From positions 5,049-69,048 of the forward strand of contig JBGVKZ010000009.1 of NCBI GenBank assembly GCA_045124055.1: a DNA stretch of 64,000 bases, read 5' to 3'. The notes below the pieces were generated by a model. That model saw only the letters and a list, made by a program, of their open reading frames with translations. It had not been told where the DNA came from and did no database searches. The DNA is from Lachnospiraceae bacterium. Lineage in GTDB: Bacteria; Bacillota; Clostridia; Lachnospirales; Lachnospiraceae. Positions 10,196 through 19,097 of this stretch are shown one piece after another (the stretch's first letter is position 1; the number at the start of each line of letters is the position of its first letter). Made by a program: the position numbers and the translations under genes.

Positions 10196-10906
10196 ATGCA
10201 TATCGCGATTTGTGATGACAATATAGCCGACCGTAAACAGACAGAGCGTTTACTTGGTCGAGAATCTGATAGACGTGCGAAAACCGATAGTGTTTTATAT
10301 ATTGATTCCTATGGAAAACAGGAGTCTGTTTTGGCTGCACCTATGGTCTACGATATGTTTTTTATTGATATGGTGAATGATTTGCCTAATACCGCTTCCG
10401 ATATTGTAAAAGCCTTATTAGCTGCCGGCGTCACTTCTCCTATTGTTATGTTAAATTCTTCCATTAATTATAAAGAAGACCCTTACTTAAGTTCTGTGGA
10501 ACAGGTGTATTTTTTGGATAAACCAATTAAAGTAGCAGAACTGACCGATATAATAACTATGGGCTTTGAAACCAAAAATTTAAAAACTCCTACCATCGAG
10601 CTCCGTAGCGATACTGATGCAATTTATGTAAAGGAAAAAGATATTATGTACGCCTTATCCTCTGGTTCTCAGTATACAGACGTCTATTTAGTTGACGGCA
10701 GAAAAATCCATATGCCAAGCAGCATTGAGAATTTCTATGCATATTTGGAACGATTTAATTCTTTTTTCCCCGCAAACAACCACACCATTATACAAAAAGA
10801 ATACGTGAAGAAGATTTCTCTCCTCCACGTACACTTAAAAAATGGTAAAAAATTTATGTTTCCACTTGATTACAAGCAAAACGCAAAATCTATACTGTCA
10901 CTATGA
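10196..10906 (+). CDS. orphan LytTR-family response regulator
   Basis: Receiver-like N-terminus (IAICDDN, FFIDM, LDKPI). C-terminal LytTR-like domain (IYVKEKDIMYALSSGSQYTDVYLVDGRK...). No kinase gene is adjacent. Confidence 0.75.
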   Translation: MHIAICDDNIADRKQTERLLGRESDRRAKTDSVLYIDSYGKQESVLAAPMVYDMFFIDMVNDLPNTASDIVKALLAAGVTSPIVMLNSSINYKEDPYLSSVEQVYFLDKPIKVAELTDIITMGFETKNLKTPTIELRSDTDAIYVKEKDIMYALSSGSQYTDVYLVDGRKIHMPSSIENFYAYLERFNSFFPANNHTIIQKEYVKKISLLHVHLKNGKKFMFPLDYKQNAKSILSL

Positions 10907-11732
10907 TTCCGCCATCATTGGCGTACATACTACTAACTCCCATAGTATCTAAAATGTAGACTGCTTTAAAACGCACTCTTTCCAGCAACTGGTCTTTAAA
11001 CATTTGTGCTCTTTCCAAGCAATTACAATGAGAAATAATCAATACTTTTTCTTGTAAAGCTTTGCCTTCCTCTATCAATAAATCTGCCATTTTTCTAAGA
11101 GCCTTTTTTGTTCCAATAGCCTGACTTTTTTGTGCAATGGTTCCTTCCAGGGCATACATAACAGGTTTAATATTCATTGTACTTGCTACCACAGCTTTAA
11201 TTCCTGTCAATCTGCCATTCTTTCTGAGCGTATCCAAATTATCTAATACAAAATAGGTTTTCATTTCTAATTTAAACGCTTCTACGATTTCTACAATTTC
11301 TTCAAAGCTCTTTCCAGCTTCTTCCAATTCTTTAATCTTTAACACCAGCTGGGTTTCTCCAACACTGGCACTCCAGGAGTCAAAAACATGAATCTTAGGT
11401 ACTTTTTTGCCACTTTCTTCTAACAAATGTTTGCCCAGCACTGCACTATTATAACTACCACTTAATTTAGAAGTTAATGTAACCACATAAATACGTTCCA
11501 CATCTTCTTCATACGCCTGCATATATCTTTGTGGTGAAGGACATGCTGATTTCGGACAAGTTGGGCATTCATCTACCAATCTTAAAAACTCTGCCTGATT
11601 AAAATCATCATCATCGACCACTGTTGTATTCCCTACTTCTAAAGTAAGTGGTACTCTCTCAATAAAAAGTTCCCTTCTAACTTCTTCCGGGATTTCACAA
11701 CAACTGTCTACTACAATCTTATAACTACTCAT
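10890..11732 (-). CDS. DegV-family fatty-acid-binding protein
   Basis: Family-typical N-terminus (KIVVDSCCEIP), SGSYNSA and the overall 280-aa length. Confidence 0.9.
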   Translation of the reverse strand: MSSYKIVVDSCCEIPEEVRRELFIERVPLTLEVGNTTVVDDDDFNQAEFLRLVDECPTCPKSACPSPQRYMQAYEEDVERIYVVTLTSKLSGSYNSAVLGKHLLEESGKKVPKIHVFDSWSASVGETQLVLKIKELEEAGKSFEEIVEIVEAFKLEMKTYFVLDNLDTLRKNGRLTGIKAVVASTMNIKPVMYALEGTIAQKSQAIGTKKALRKMADLLIEEGKALQEKVLIISHCNCLERAQMFKDQLLERVRFKAVYILDTMGVSSMYANDGGIIVTV

Positions 11733-11931
11733 TTCTAACTCCTACTATATATATTTTTTATAAAGTTTTTACTTCTTTCACAAGTAGTTTTCATTACTAT
11801 GTTAAGTATATGACATTAACTACGTTTTGTAAAGTAATATTTCACTTTTTATAAATGTTTTACAATTCCTTTTCAATCAATTCTTTTTTCGATATAATAT
11901 TCTCAACAATGAAAATATTACTGGAGGAATT

Positions 11932-12435
11932 ATGCTGGCAATACAAGTTTTATCCACGAAAACGTTTATGAATCAGTTGCTTATGGGGGACCAGTTTTCG
12001 TCCTTTCTTTTGGAAAGTGCCTCTGTTACAACTTTTAATACTTTTACCATCGATGGTCGGATTCATTCAGACTTTTTTGATAAGGAAGACCCTACACTAG
12101 AAGATAGAACCAAATATCCTTTTTCTAGGTATATGGACGTTCAGGAACATCTATTTACTATTATTAAAGGTAGTCGCACCCCGCTTAATATCAAGCTTTC
12201 GCTCCTACTTATGCCGGAAGCTATGGAGAAGCTGCTTCAAAATGAGAGCTGCACCGTTTCAAAAGAACAAATTTCTAATTTTGTATTAAATATCCGATAT
12301 GATGGGTTAAAAATCATCTTAACTACTGCCATTTCTTATTCTGGGTTCACTATGGATAAATCCGCTGAACCGATTTGGGACAATGCATTAAAAAAATTTT
12401 TATCTGCTAAGGAAATACCTTTCGAGGAAGTTTAA
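11932..12435 (+). CDS. conserved hypothetical protein
   Basis: 167-aa ORF with a GGAGG RBS 4 nt upstream of the ATG. I recognise no family. Confidence 0.65.
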   Translation: MLAIQVLSTKTFMNQLLMGDQFSSFLLESASVTTFNTFTIDGRIHSDFFDKEDPTLEDRTKYPFSRYMDVQEHLFTIIKGSRTPLNIKLSLLLMPEAMEKLLQNESCTVSKEQISNFVLNIRYDGLKIILTTAISYSGFTMDKSAEPIWDNALKKFLSAKEIPFEEV

Positions 12436-12456
12436 TTTCACAGATTCTTATATAGA

Positions 12457-12495
12457 AAAGAGACACTGCAAATTTGCCGTGTCTCTTTATTATTT
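12457..12495. terminator. bidirectional terminator hairpin between convergent genes
   Basis: aaagagacac (12457-12466) pairs with gtgtctcttt (12479-12488). It is flanked by A-rich sequence on one side and T-rich sequence on the other. Confidence 0.6.
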
Positions 12496-12518
12496 ACTCT
12501 TATGTAATCAATATGAAA

Positions 12519-13370
12519 TTATTGACATTTATTTCCACACTGTGTACAGAATGCTGTTTCTGGAGCTAACTTAGCACCACACTGTGAGCAGAACTTAAAA
12601 GCTGGCTGCTGTGCTGGTTGAGCCTGTGGCTGCTGTACTGGCTGTGCCTGTGGCTGCTGTACTGGCTGTGCATATGGCTGCTGTACTGGCTGTGCATATG
12701 GCTGTGGATTCTGGCCTGGTGCTTTATAATTCATTAATTTCTTAGCTTCATCACCTGCGGTTTTGAAAATATCAGGAGTAGTAACAATGATATATACAAG
12801 TGCTGCTACTGAGCCGATACATAAAAGAATATCAAGAATTACTAAAAGTACAAAGAAGAATGTCACTTTAAATTCACAAGAACCTGCTAATGCTAATTCT
12901 TTTGCCTTTGTGATAAATGCAAATAAAACAACAATGTTTACAAATTCACCACCTGCTGTGATTAAACATAAAAGTGGTTTTTTCAATTTAAATTCTTTTA
13001 TTGCTTTTAAGTCCTTTAAGAACCACATTGCAATAAGAACAGCAGTAATCAAAAATACTAAAATAAACCACCAAATACCTGATACCTTTTCATCACAGAA
13101 TTTGAATCCAAATACTGCCTGGAAACCACCAATGTATTTTTTCTCGTCCATATAACTACAAGAAATTAAACACTGTGGTAACAAGAACAATAATTCTGTT
13201 AAAATCAATACGCCTCTGATAATCCAACCAACAAGATTATTCATATCCTTTGGCTTTTTCTGTGTTGGCTGCTGCATCGGATTTACAAAAGTAACCGGCT
13301 GCTGATACTGATTCATGTTCTGATTCATATTCTGATTCATGTTCTGATTCATATTCATTTCTTCGCTCAT
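12519..13370 (-). CDS. zinc-ribbon membrane protein with Q/P-rich and MNQN repeats
   Basis: C-terminal CxxC...CxxC (FCSQCGAKL...FCTQCGNKC), about 5 TM helices, an N-terminal (MNQN)x4 and a C-proximal (P[YQ]AQPVQQ)x4. Confidence 0.75.
   Translation of the reverse strand: MSEEMNMNQNMNQNMNQNMNQYQQPVTFVNPMQQPTQKKPKDMNNLVGWIIRGVLILTELLFLLPQCLISCSYMDEKKYIGGFQAVFGFKFCDEKVSGIWWFILVFLITAVLIAMWFLKDLKAIKEFKLKKPLLCLITAGGEFVNIVVLFAFITKAKELALAGSCEFKVTFFFVLLVILDILLCIGSVAALVYIIVTTPDIFKTAGDEAKKLMNYKAPGQNPQPYAQPVQQPYAQPVQQPQAQPVQQPQAQPAQQPAFKFCSQCGAKLAPETAFCTQCGNKCQ
12599..12706. repeat. in-frame tandem repeat, 24-nt period, about 4.5 copies
   Basis: Units are at 12623-12646, 12647-12670 and 12671-12694 (cctgtggctgctgtactggctgtg and catatggctgctgtactggctgtg), plus degenerate flanking copies. 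They encode the P[YQ]AQPVQQ repeat. Confidence 0.8.
13309..13356. repeat. in-frame tandem repeat, 12-nt period, 4 copies
   Basis: ctgattcat(g/a)tt occurs four times and encodes (MNQN)x4 at the N-terminus of the zinc-ribbon protein. Confidence 0.85.
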
Positions 13371-13439
13371 AAGAACCTCCTGGAAATTTTTTTATGTTTC
13401 CATTATATCTTATTTACGACAATAACACAATTTTTTTTA

Positions 13440-13796
13440 TTATTTTTTCATCTTTGGAGAAAAAATAAGGCTAGCTAAATATCCAAAAATTAAAGCCGCA
13501 CATAATCCTGCAGAGCCACTGGTAAATCCACCCTTAAAAAGACCGATAAATCCGTCCTTAGAAAGAGCGTCCTTGACTCCTGTCATAAGAAGATGTCCAT
13601 AGCCCATAAGTGGAACAGTTGCACCAGCTCCTGCATATTCAGAAAAGGCTTCGTACCAACCAAAAGCACTGATAACTGCACCTATGCACACTAAAAGTAC
13701 CATAATTCGTCCCGGTAACATCTTTGTTTTTTCCATTAAAATTTGTGCTAAAGCACAAATGACGCCTCCAACCCAGAATGCATTAATATATTCCAT
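13440..13796 (-). CDS. spoVAE: stage V sporulation protein AE (SpoVAEB-type)
   Basis: 118-aa membrane protein. AFWVGGVICALAQIL...GAGATVPLMGYGH...GGFTSGSAG is typical of SpoVAE. Confidence 0.85.
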   Translation of the reverse strand: MEYINAFWVGGVICALAQILMEKTKMLPGRIMVLLVCIGAVISAFGWYEAFSEYAGAGATVPLMGYGHLLMTGVKDALSKDGFIGLFKGGFTSGSAGLCAALIFGYLASLIFSPKMKK

Positions 13797-13862
13797 AAAA
13801 AAACCTCCCCTTTTAGAAATATCTGTTTCTCCTATTATTTCTAAAAAAGAAGGTTTTATACT

Positions 13863-14774
13863 TTAATTTGTTATTTCTTTTTCTTCCGATTTTTTTGAGT
13901 CAAAAACCTGAACGCCAATTACCGCAACAAACATAAAAAGACAACCAATCAATTCTTTTATCGTAAGCTTTTCTCCCAAAATGATAAAGCCTCCCAGCAC
14001 ACTAACGGCTGACTCTAAGCTCATAATGAGTGATGCAATCGTTGGGTCTGCATTTTTTTGTCCCATAATCTGCAACGTATAGCCTACTCCACTTGACATA
14101 ATTCCCACATACAACAAAGGAATGATTCCATTTATGAGCTGACTAAACGATGGTTCTTCCAAAATCAATGCAAAAATAAGTGCTACTATCCCACTGGTAA
14201 AAAATTGTAGACAGGATAACACAATTCCATTCGTTTTCGGTGCAAAATAGTCTACTGCTATAATGTGAAAAGAAAATACAATGGCACAACAAAATGCATA
14301 AATATCCCCCTTGTTAAGACTCATCGTCTCTGAAACGCATAGCAAATACATACCAACTACCGATAAACCAGCACCTATCCACACAATAAAGGATACTTTT
14401 CTTTTCAAGAAAATACCTAAAATGATTGGCACTAATATTATGTATAAAGTTGTCAAAAATCCTGCTTTTCCTACGGAAGTATAGCGAATTCCAAACTGTT
14501 GCAGAGTAGATGCCGTAAATAAACATCCCCCACAAATTATACCGCCCAAAATGGTAAGTTTTATATCCTTTTTCGTAATCTTTTTCTTCTCGCCGGGCTT
14601 TTTAAATAAAAAGATAACCGGCACCAACACCACCGCACCAATAAAAAATCTGGCACAATTAAAGGTATAAGGACCCATATGGTCCATACCCTGACTTTGA
14701 AAGGCAAAAGCAAATCCCCAAATACATGCTGTTAAAAACAGCAATAGGGAGCTACTCCACTTCATTTTTTTCAT
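13863..14774 (-). CDS. DMT-family (EamA) transporter
   Basis: 10-TM protein of 303 aa with a duplicated EamA-like organisation. Confidence 0.85.
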   Translation of the reverse strand: MKKMKWSSSLLLFLTACIWGFAFAFQSQGMDHMGPYTFNCARFFIGAVVLVPVIFLFKKPGEKKKITKKDIKLTILGGIICGGCLFTASTLQQFGIRYTSVGKAGFLTTLYIILVPIILGIFLKRKVSFIVWIGAGLSVVGMYLLCVSETMSLNKGDIYAFCCAIVFSFHIIAVDYFAPKTNGIVLSCLQFFTSGIVALIFALILEEPSFSQLINGIIPLLYVGIMSSGVGYTLQIMGQKNADPTIASLIMSLESAVSVLGGFIILGEKLTIKELIGCLFMFVAVIGVQVFDSKKSEEKEITN

Positions 14775-14800
14775 TCTTTATTTTCTTCCTTAAGTACTTC

Positions 14801-15181
14801 TTATTTTCCTAAATATGCAATAACTTCTACTTCACAAAGTACATTTTTCGGTAAAGTTTTTACAGCTACACAGCTTCTGGCTGGTTTTTCGGTAAAGTAT
14901 TTTGCATATACTTCATTAAAAGCAGCAAAATCATTCATATCTGCCAAGAAACAACCTGTTTTTACAACATCTTTATAATCTACGCCTGCTGCCTTTAAAA
15001 TTTCACCGATATTTTTCATAACCTGTTCTGTCTGGTCCACGATACCTTCTGCTTCGATATTACCGGTTGCTGGATTAATTGCAATCTGTCCTGATGCATA
15101 TAAAAAATCTCCTGCAATAATACCCTGAGAATATGGGCCGATAGCTGCTGGTGCTTTTTCTGTACTAACTTTCTTTAACAT
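14801..15181 (-). CDS. ridA: RidA-family reactive intermediate deaminase
   Basis: APAAIGPYSQG, GQIAINPATG and SCVAVKTLPKNVLCEVEVIA are classic YjgF/RidA motifs. Confidence 0.9.
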   Translation of the reverse strand: MLKKVSTEKAPAAIGPYSQGIIAGDFLYASGQIAINPATGNIEAEGIVDQTEQVMKNIGEILKAAGVDYKDVVKTGCFLADMNDFAAFNEVYAKYFTEKPARSCVAVKTLPKNVLCEVEVIAYLGK

Positions 15182-15232
15182 AATTTTGTCCTCTTTTCTT
15201 TTTATTTTATTATATAAAATAACTTTTATAAG

Positions 15233-15463
15233 CTATTCTTGAAACTGGGCTGTTACATAAAAACCCCGTTCATTCTCTACAATATTCGTTACAACGCCTT
15301 CCCTTTGAAGCATTCTCCTATTAAATGGAACATTGCCGCTCATGGCAAGAGATGGGTCAATGGTATAATAATAGTTACTCGGTAATACACCCTCTGTTAC
15401 CGTAATCTGTTGTCCCACTTCCAAAAGTCCTGGTCTTTCCATTTTAAATTCCATTTCCCTCAT
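15233..15463 (-). CDS. small hypothetical protein
   Basis: 76-aa ORF, 20 nt downstream of the ABC exporter pair. I recognise no family. Confidence 0.5.
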   Translation of the reverse strand: MREMEFKMERPGLLEVGQQITVTEGVLPSNYYYTIDPSLAMSGNVPFNRRMLQREGVVTNIVENERGFYVTAQFQE

Positions 15464-15483
15464 ACTTTTTTCCCTTTCTAAAA

Positions 15484-17217
15484 CTAGATAGAAAACTGGC
15501 TTTCATAAAGGTTAGCATAAAAGCCTTTTTTCTGCAATAATTCCTGATGATTCCCCTGTTCGATTACATTTCCATCTTTCATAACTAAAATCACATCTGC
15601 AGATTGAATCGTAGATAATCTGTGAGCAACAATAAAACTGGTTCTACCCTTCATCATTTTGCCAAAGGCTTCCTGAATTTTCAATTCTGTTCTTGTATCA
15701 ATAGAAGAAGTTGCTTCATCTAAAATCAATTTTGGTGGCAGGCATAACATCACTCTTGCAATGCACAAAAGCTGTTTTTGTCCCTGACTCATACTACCAC
15801 CATCTTCCCCAATTACCGTATCATATCCTTTTGGCATACGCATAATAAATCCGTGGGCATGCGAAGCCTTTGCCGCCGCAATGACTTCTTCCATAGTGGC
15901 ATCTGGTTTTCCCATAGCAATATTTTCAAAAATAGTACCTGCCTTGAGCCAAGTTTCCTGTAAAACCATTCCGTAGCCACTACGCAAATCTTTTCGTTTT
16001 ACCTCTCGAATATCTCTACCGTCTACCAAAATTTCTCCTTCGTTCACGTCATAAAATCTCATCAACAAGTTGATTAACGTGGTTTTTCCGCATCCGGTAG
16101 GACCTACTATGGCCACTCTCTGTCCTTTTTCAACCTTTAAATTAAAATCTTGAATCAATGGTTTTTCTTTTACATAGGAAAAACTTACTCGATTTAACTC
16201 CACTTTTCCTGCCTGGTTGCCAATTTCTCCAGTATTTTCACTGTCTGAAATTTCCGGCTTTTCTTCAATCAATTCGAAAATTCTTGCTGCACAGGCTAGA
16301 GCATTCTGCAATTCCGTCACTACCCCTGAAATCTCGTTAAAAGGCTTAGTATATTGATTTGCATATGTTAAAAAGCAAGACAACTGCCCAATAGAAATCT
16401 TGCCGGATATCGCAAAAAAAGCACCTATAATACCAACAGCAGCATAAACCAGGCTGTTAACAAATCTTGTACACGGGTTTGTAAGAGACGAATAAAAGGT
16501 CGCCTGCATAGACGCTTCCCCTAGCTTTTTGTTAAGAACACCAAAGCGTTCTCCTGCCCTTTCTTCGTAACCAAAGGCCTTCACCACCTTTTGATTCTCA
16601 ATCATCTCATTGACAAATGCAGTTTGTTCTCCCCTTGCCTCTGATTGCTTTTTAAACATATGAAATGTTTTTTTCGCAATAAAAGACGCCACAAATAGCG
16701 AAACCGGTGTAATCACTACAACCACAAGGGCAATCGTCACATTCAATTTTATCATAAAAAACAGCGTACACAAAATAGTTACAACACCGCTAAAAAGCTG
16801 GGTAAAACCTAATAATAAGCCTTCTGCAAACTGGTCTACATCGGCGATTATCTTACTCACAATTTCTCCGTGAGAATGGGTATCCACATATCCAAGTGGC
16901 AAAATCTCCAGCTTGTCAAAGGCATCTTTTCGAATATCTCTGACAATTCCATAAGTCATTTTGTTGTTACAGGTATTCATCAGCCATTGAGAAATAGCAG
17001 TAATCCCCATAAATATAATTCCCTGCTTAATGTACTGTAAAATTTGCACAAATTCTACTTTACCAGGTTCCACAATATAATCGATTGCATTTCCTGTAAT
17101 AATTGGCAAATATAAAGTCGTGACTACGGTAATGGTTGCAAACACTATGGAAAAAACAAACAATGGCGTATATTTTTTCGCATACTGAAAAATTTTTTTG
17201 AGGGTATCTAGTTTCAT
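15484..17217 (-). CDS. ABC exporter, fused permease/ATPase (half-transporter, subunit B)
   Basis: Six N-terminal TM helices, Walker A GPTGCGKTT, signature MSQGQKQ and Walker B LILDEATS. Confidence 0.92.
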   Translation of the reverse strand: MKLDTLKKIFQYAKKYTPLFVFSIVFATITVVTTLYLPIITGNAIDYIVEPGKVEFVQILQYIKQGIIFMGITAISQWLMNTCNNKMTYGIVRDIRKDAFDKLEILPLGYVDTHSHGEIVSKIIADVDQFAEGLLLGFTQLFSGVVTILCTLFFMIKLNVTIALVVVVITPVSLFVASFIAKKTFHMFKKQSEARGEQTAFVNEMIENQKVVKAFGYEERAGERFGVLNKKLGEASMQATFYSSLTNPCTRFVNSLVYAAVGIIGAFFAISGKISIGQLSCFLTYANQYTKPFNEISGVVTELQNALACAARIFELIEEKPEISDSENTGEIGNQAGKVELNRVSFSYVKEKPLIQDFNLKVEKGQRVAIVGPTGCGKTTLINLLMRFYDVNEGEILVDGRDIREVKRKDLRSGYGMVLQETWLKAGTIFENIAMGKPDATMEEVIAAAKASHAHGFIMRMPKGYDTVIGEDGGSMSQGQKQLLCIARVMLCLPPKLILDEATSSIDTRTELKIQEAFGKMMKGRTSFIVAHRLSTIQSADVILVMKDGNVIEQGNHQELLQKKGFYANLYESQFSI

Positions 17218-18938
17218 ACGGCTTCCTCCCCTCGAAACTGTGAAGCATATATTTCTTTATATACCTGGCAATCTTTTAATAATTGTTCGTGAGTTCCAAT
17301 TCCCACCATTTTTCCTTCTTCCAATACAAGAATCTGGTCTGCATGCATAATAGAAGCTGCTCTTTGAGATACAATAAAGGTAATCTGGTTTTCTCCTGTC
17401 TCTTTCAAAGCTTTTCTAAGGGCGGCATCTGTGGCATAATCCAGTGCCGATGCACTGTCATCTAGTACCAAAATCTCCGGATTTTTTACCAAAGCTCTGG
17501 CTATGGTCAATCTCTGTTTCTGCCCACCGGAAAGATTTTTACCTCCTTCTTGAATGGCAAAAGAAAGGCCTCCTTCTTTTTGTTCCACAAATTCTTTTGC
17601 CTGAGCCATAGAAAGAGCCTGCCACATTTCTTCCTCTGTGGCATCTTCTTTACCATATCGAAGGTTCTCTGCAATAGTCCCCTTAAACAGTATCGCCTTT
17701 TGCATCACCATACCAATTTTCTCTTTCAATTCGCCCTCTTCATAAGCGTTACAATTTTTTCCATCTATATAAATCTTACCCTGGCTTGCTTTATAAAAAC
17801 CGGGAAGCATATTGACAATGGTAGATTTTCCAGAGCCCGTACCACCGATAATGCCAATAGTTTCTCCCCTATTTGCTATAAAGCTGATATTTTCAATGGC
17901 AGGCTCCGCTTCCTTATGATAAGAAAAAGTCACCTTATCAAATACCACTTTTCCTGCATATTGCGGCTTATATTCCATTTCTTCTTTTACACATTCTATC
18001 GGAAGGTCTAAAACTTCTTCAATTCGCTTGCCACAGGCAATGGCCTTTGTTACCGTTATAATAAGGTTCGCAAGTTTCACTAATTCCACTAAAATCTGGG
18101 ACATATAGTTCACAAGTGCCACCACTTCCCCTTGTGCCAAATTGCCGGCTTCTACCTGTAATGCACCTATCCAAATCAAATATAAAATTGCAGCGTTTAC
18201 GATTACATAAGTAACCGGATTCATCAGAGCTGAAATTTTTCCTACAAATATCTGAATTTTATTCAGTTCCTGATTTTTCTCATAAAAATCCTGTTTTTCT
18301 TCCCCTTCTTTATTAAAAGCACGAATCACTCGGATACCGGAAAGATTTTCTCTCGTTTTTCCAAGAACTTTATCCAGTGCTGCCTGCACTTTTTTATAAA
18401 GAGGAATGCTGACAAGCATAATGCCAAATACAACTATTGATAATAGCGGAATAGTTATCACAAACACAAAAGCGGCTTTTACATCTACGGTAAATGCCAT
18501 AATCATTGCCCCAAGAACAATAAAAGGGGAACGAAGAAATAATCGAAGTACTAAATTAACCCCCGATTGTACCTGATTGACATCGCTGGTCATTCTGGTA
18601 ATCAGCGTAGCTGTTCCCACTTCATCTAACCGAGAAAATGATAGCTTTTGAATATGGGAAAACAGCGTCGTTCTGAGACGAGTAGCAAAACCAGTGGCAG
18701 CTTTTGCACTAAAGTACTGGGCTGTCACAGAACACACAAGTCCAATAGTGCCAAGCAATAATAAGAGTCCGCCCATCCTAAGAATATGGGATTTATCTCT
18801 ATTTTCGATACCCACATCAATGATGCTTGCAATCACTAACGGCACAAATAATTCAAAGGAGGCCTCCAGCATCTTAAAAAGCGGAGCCAAAATTGTCTCT
18901 TTTTTATAATCTTTCAAATGTATCAGTAGCTTTTTCAT
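17214..18938 (-). CDS. ABC exporter, fused permease/ATPase (half-transporter, subunit A)
   Basis: Walker A GGTGSGKST, signature LSGGQKQR and Walker B LVLDDSAS. A 4-nt ATGA overlap with the downstream partner suggests a heterodimeric exporter. Confidence 0.92.
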   Translation of the reverse strand: MKKLLIHLKDYKKETILAPLFKMLEASFELFVPLVIASIIDVGIENRDKSHILRMGGLLLLLGTIGLVCSVTAQYFSAKAATGFATRLRTTLFSHIQKLSFSRLDEVGTATLITRMTSDVNQVQSGVNLVLRLFLRSPFIVLGAMIMAFTVDVKAAFVFVITIPLLSIVVFGIMLVSIPLYKKVQAALDKVLGKTRENLSGIRVIRAFNKEGEEKQDFYEKNQELNKIQIFVGKISALMNPVTYVIVNAAILYLIWIGALQVEAGNLAQGEVVALVNYMSQILVELVKLANLIITVTKAIACGKRIEEVLDLPIECVKEEMEYKPQYAGKVVFDKVTFSYHKEAEPAIENISFIANRGETIGIIGGTGSGKSTIVNMLPGFYKASQGKIYIDGKNCNAYEEGELKEKIGMVMQKAILFKGTIAENLRYGKEDATEEEMWQALSMAQAKEFVEQKEGGLSFAIQEGGKNLSGGQKQRLTIARALVKNPEILVLDDSASALDYATDAALRKALKETGENQITFIVSQRAASIMHADQILVLEEGKMVGIGTHEQLLKDCQVYKEIYASQFRGEEAV

Positions 18939-19097
18939 ACAATCCTCATACTAGAATTTACTATTATTTTGCAATATAACCATTTTATCACGTAATTTCT
19001 TTTAAAGTTGTTATATCTTTTTACAAAAAAGGATTGAAATATCCACCATTTATAGTGTAAAATACACAATGTAAGGATACTCGAAGGGAGATTGACT

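Noticed and set aside
17550-18011. Long antisense ORFs inside well-supported genes (17550-18011, 25011-25409, 41827-42225, 42685-43125, 7911-8315, 12763-13155)
   Set aside because: Each lies opposite a gene with unmistakable family motifs. The compositions are serine, leucine and phenylalanine-rich, with no RBS or recognisable domains. I saw no evidence for genuine overlapping genes.
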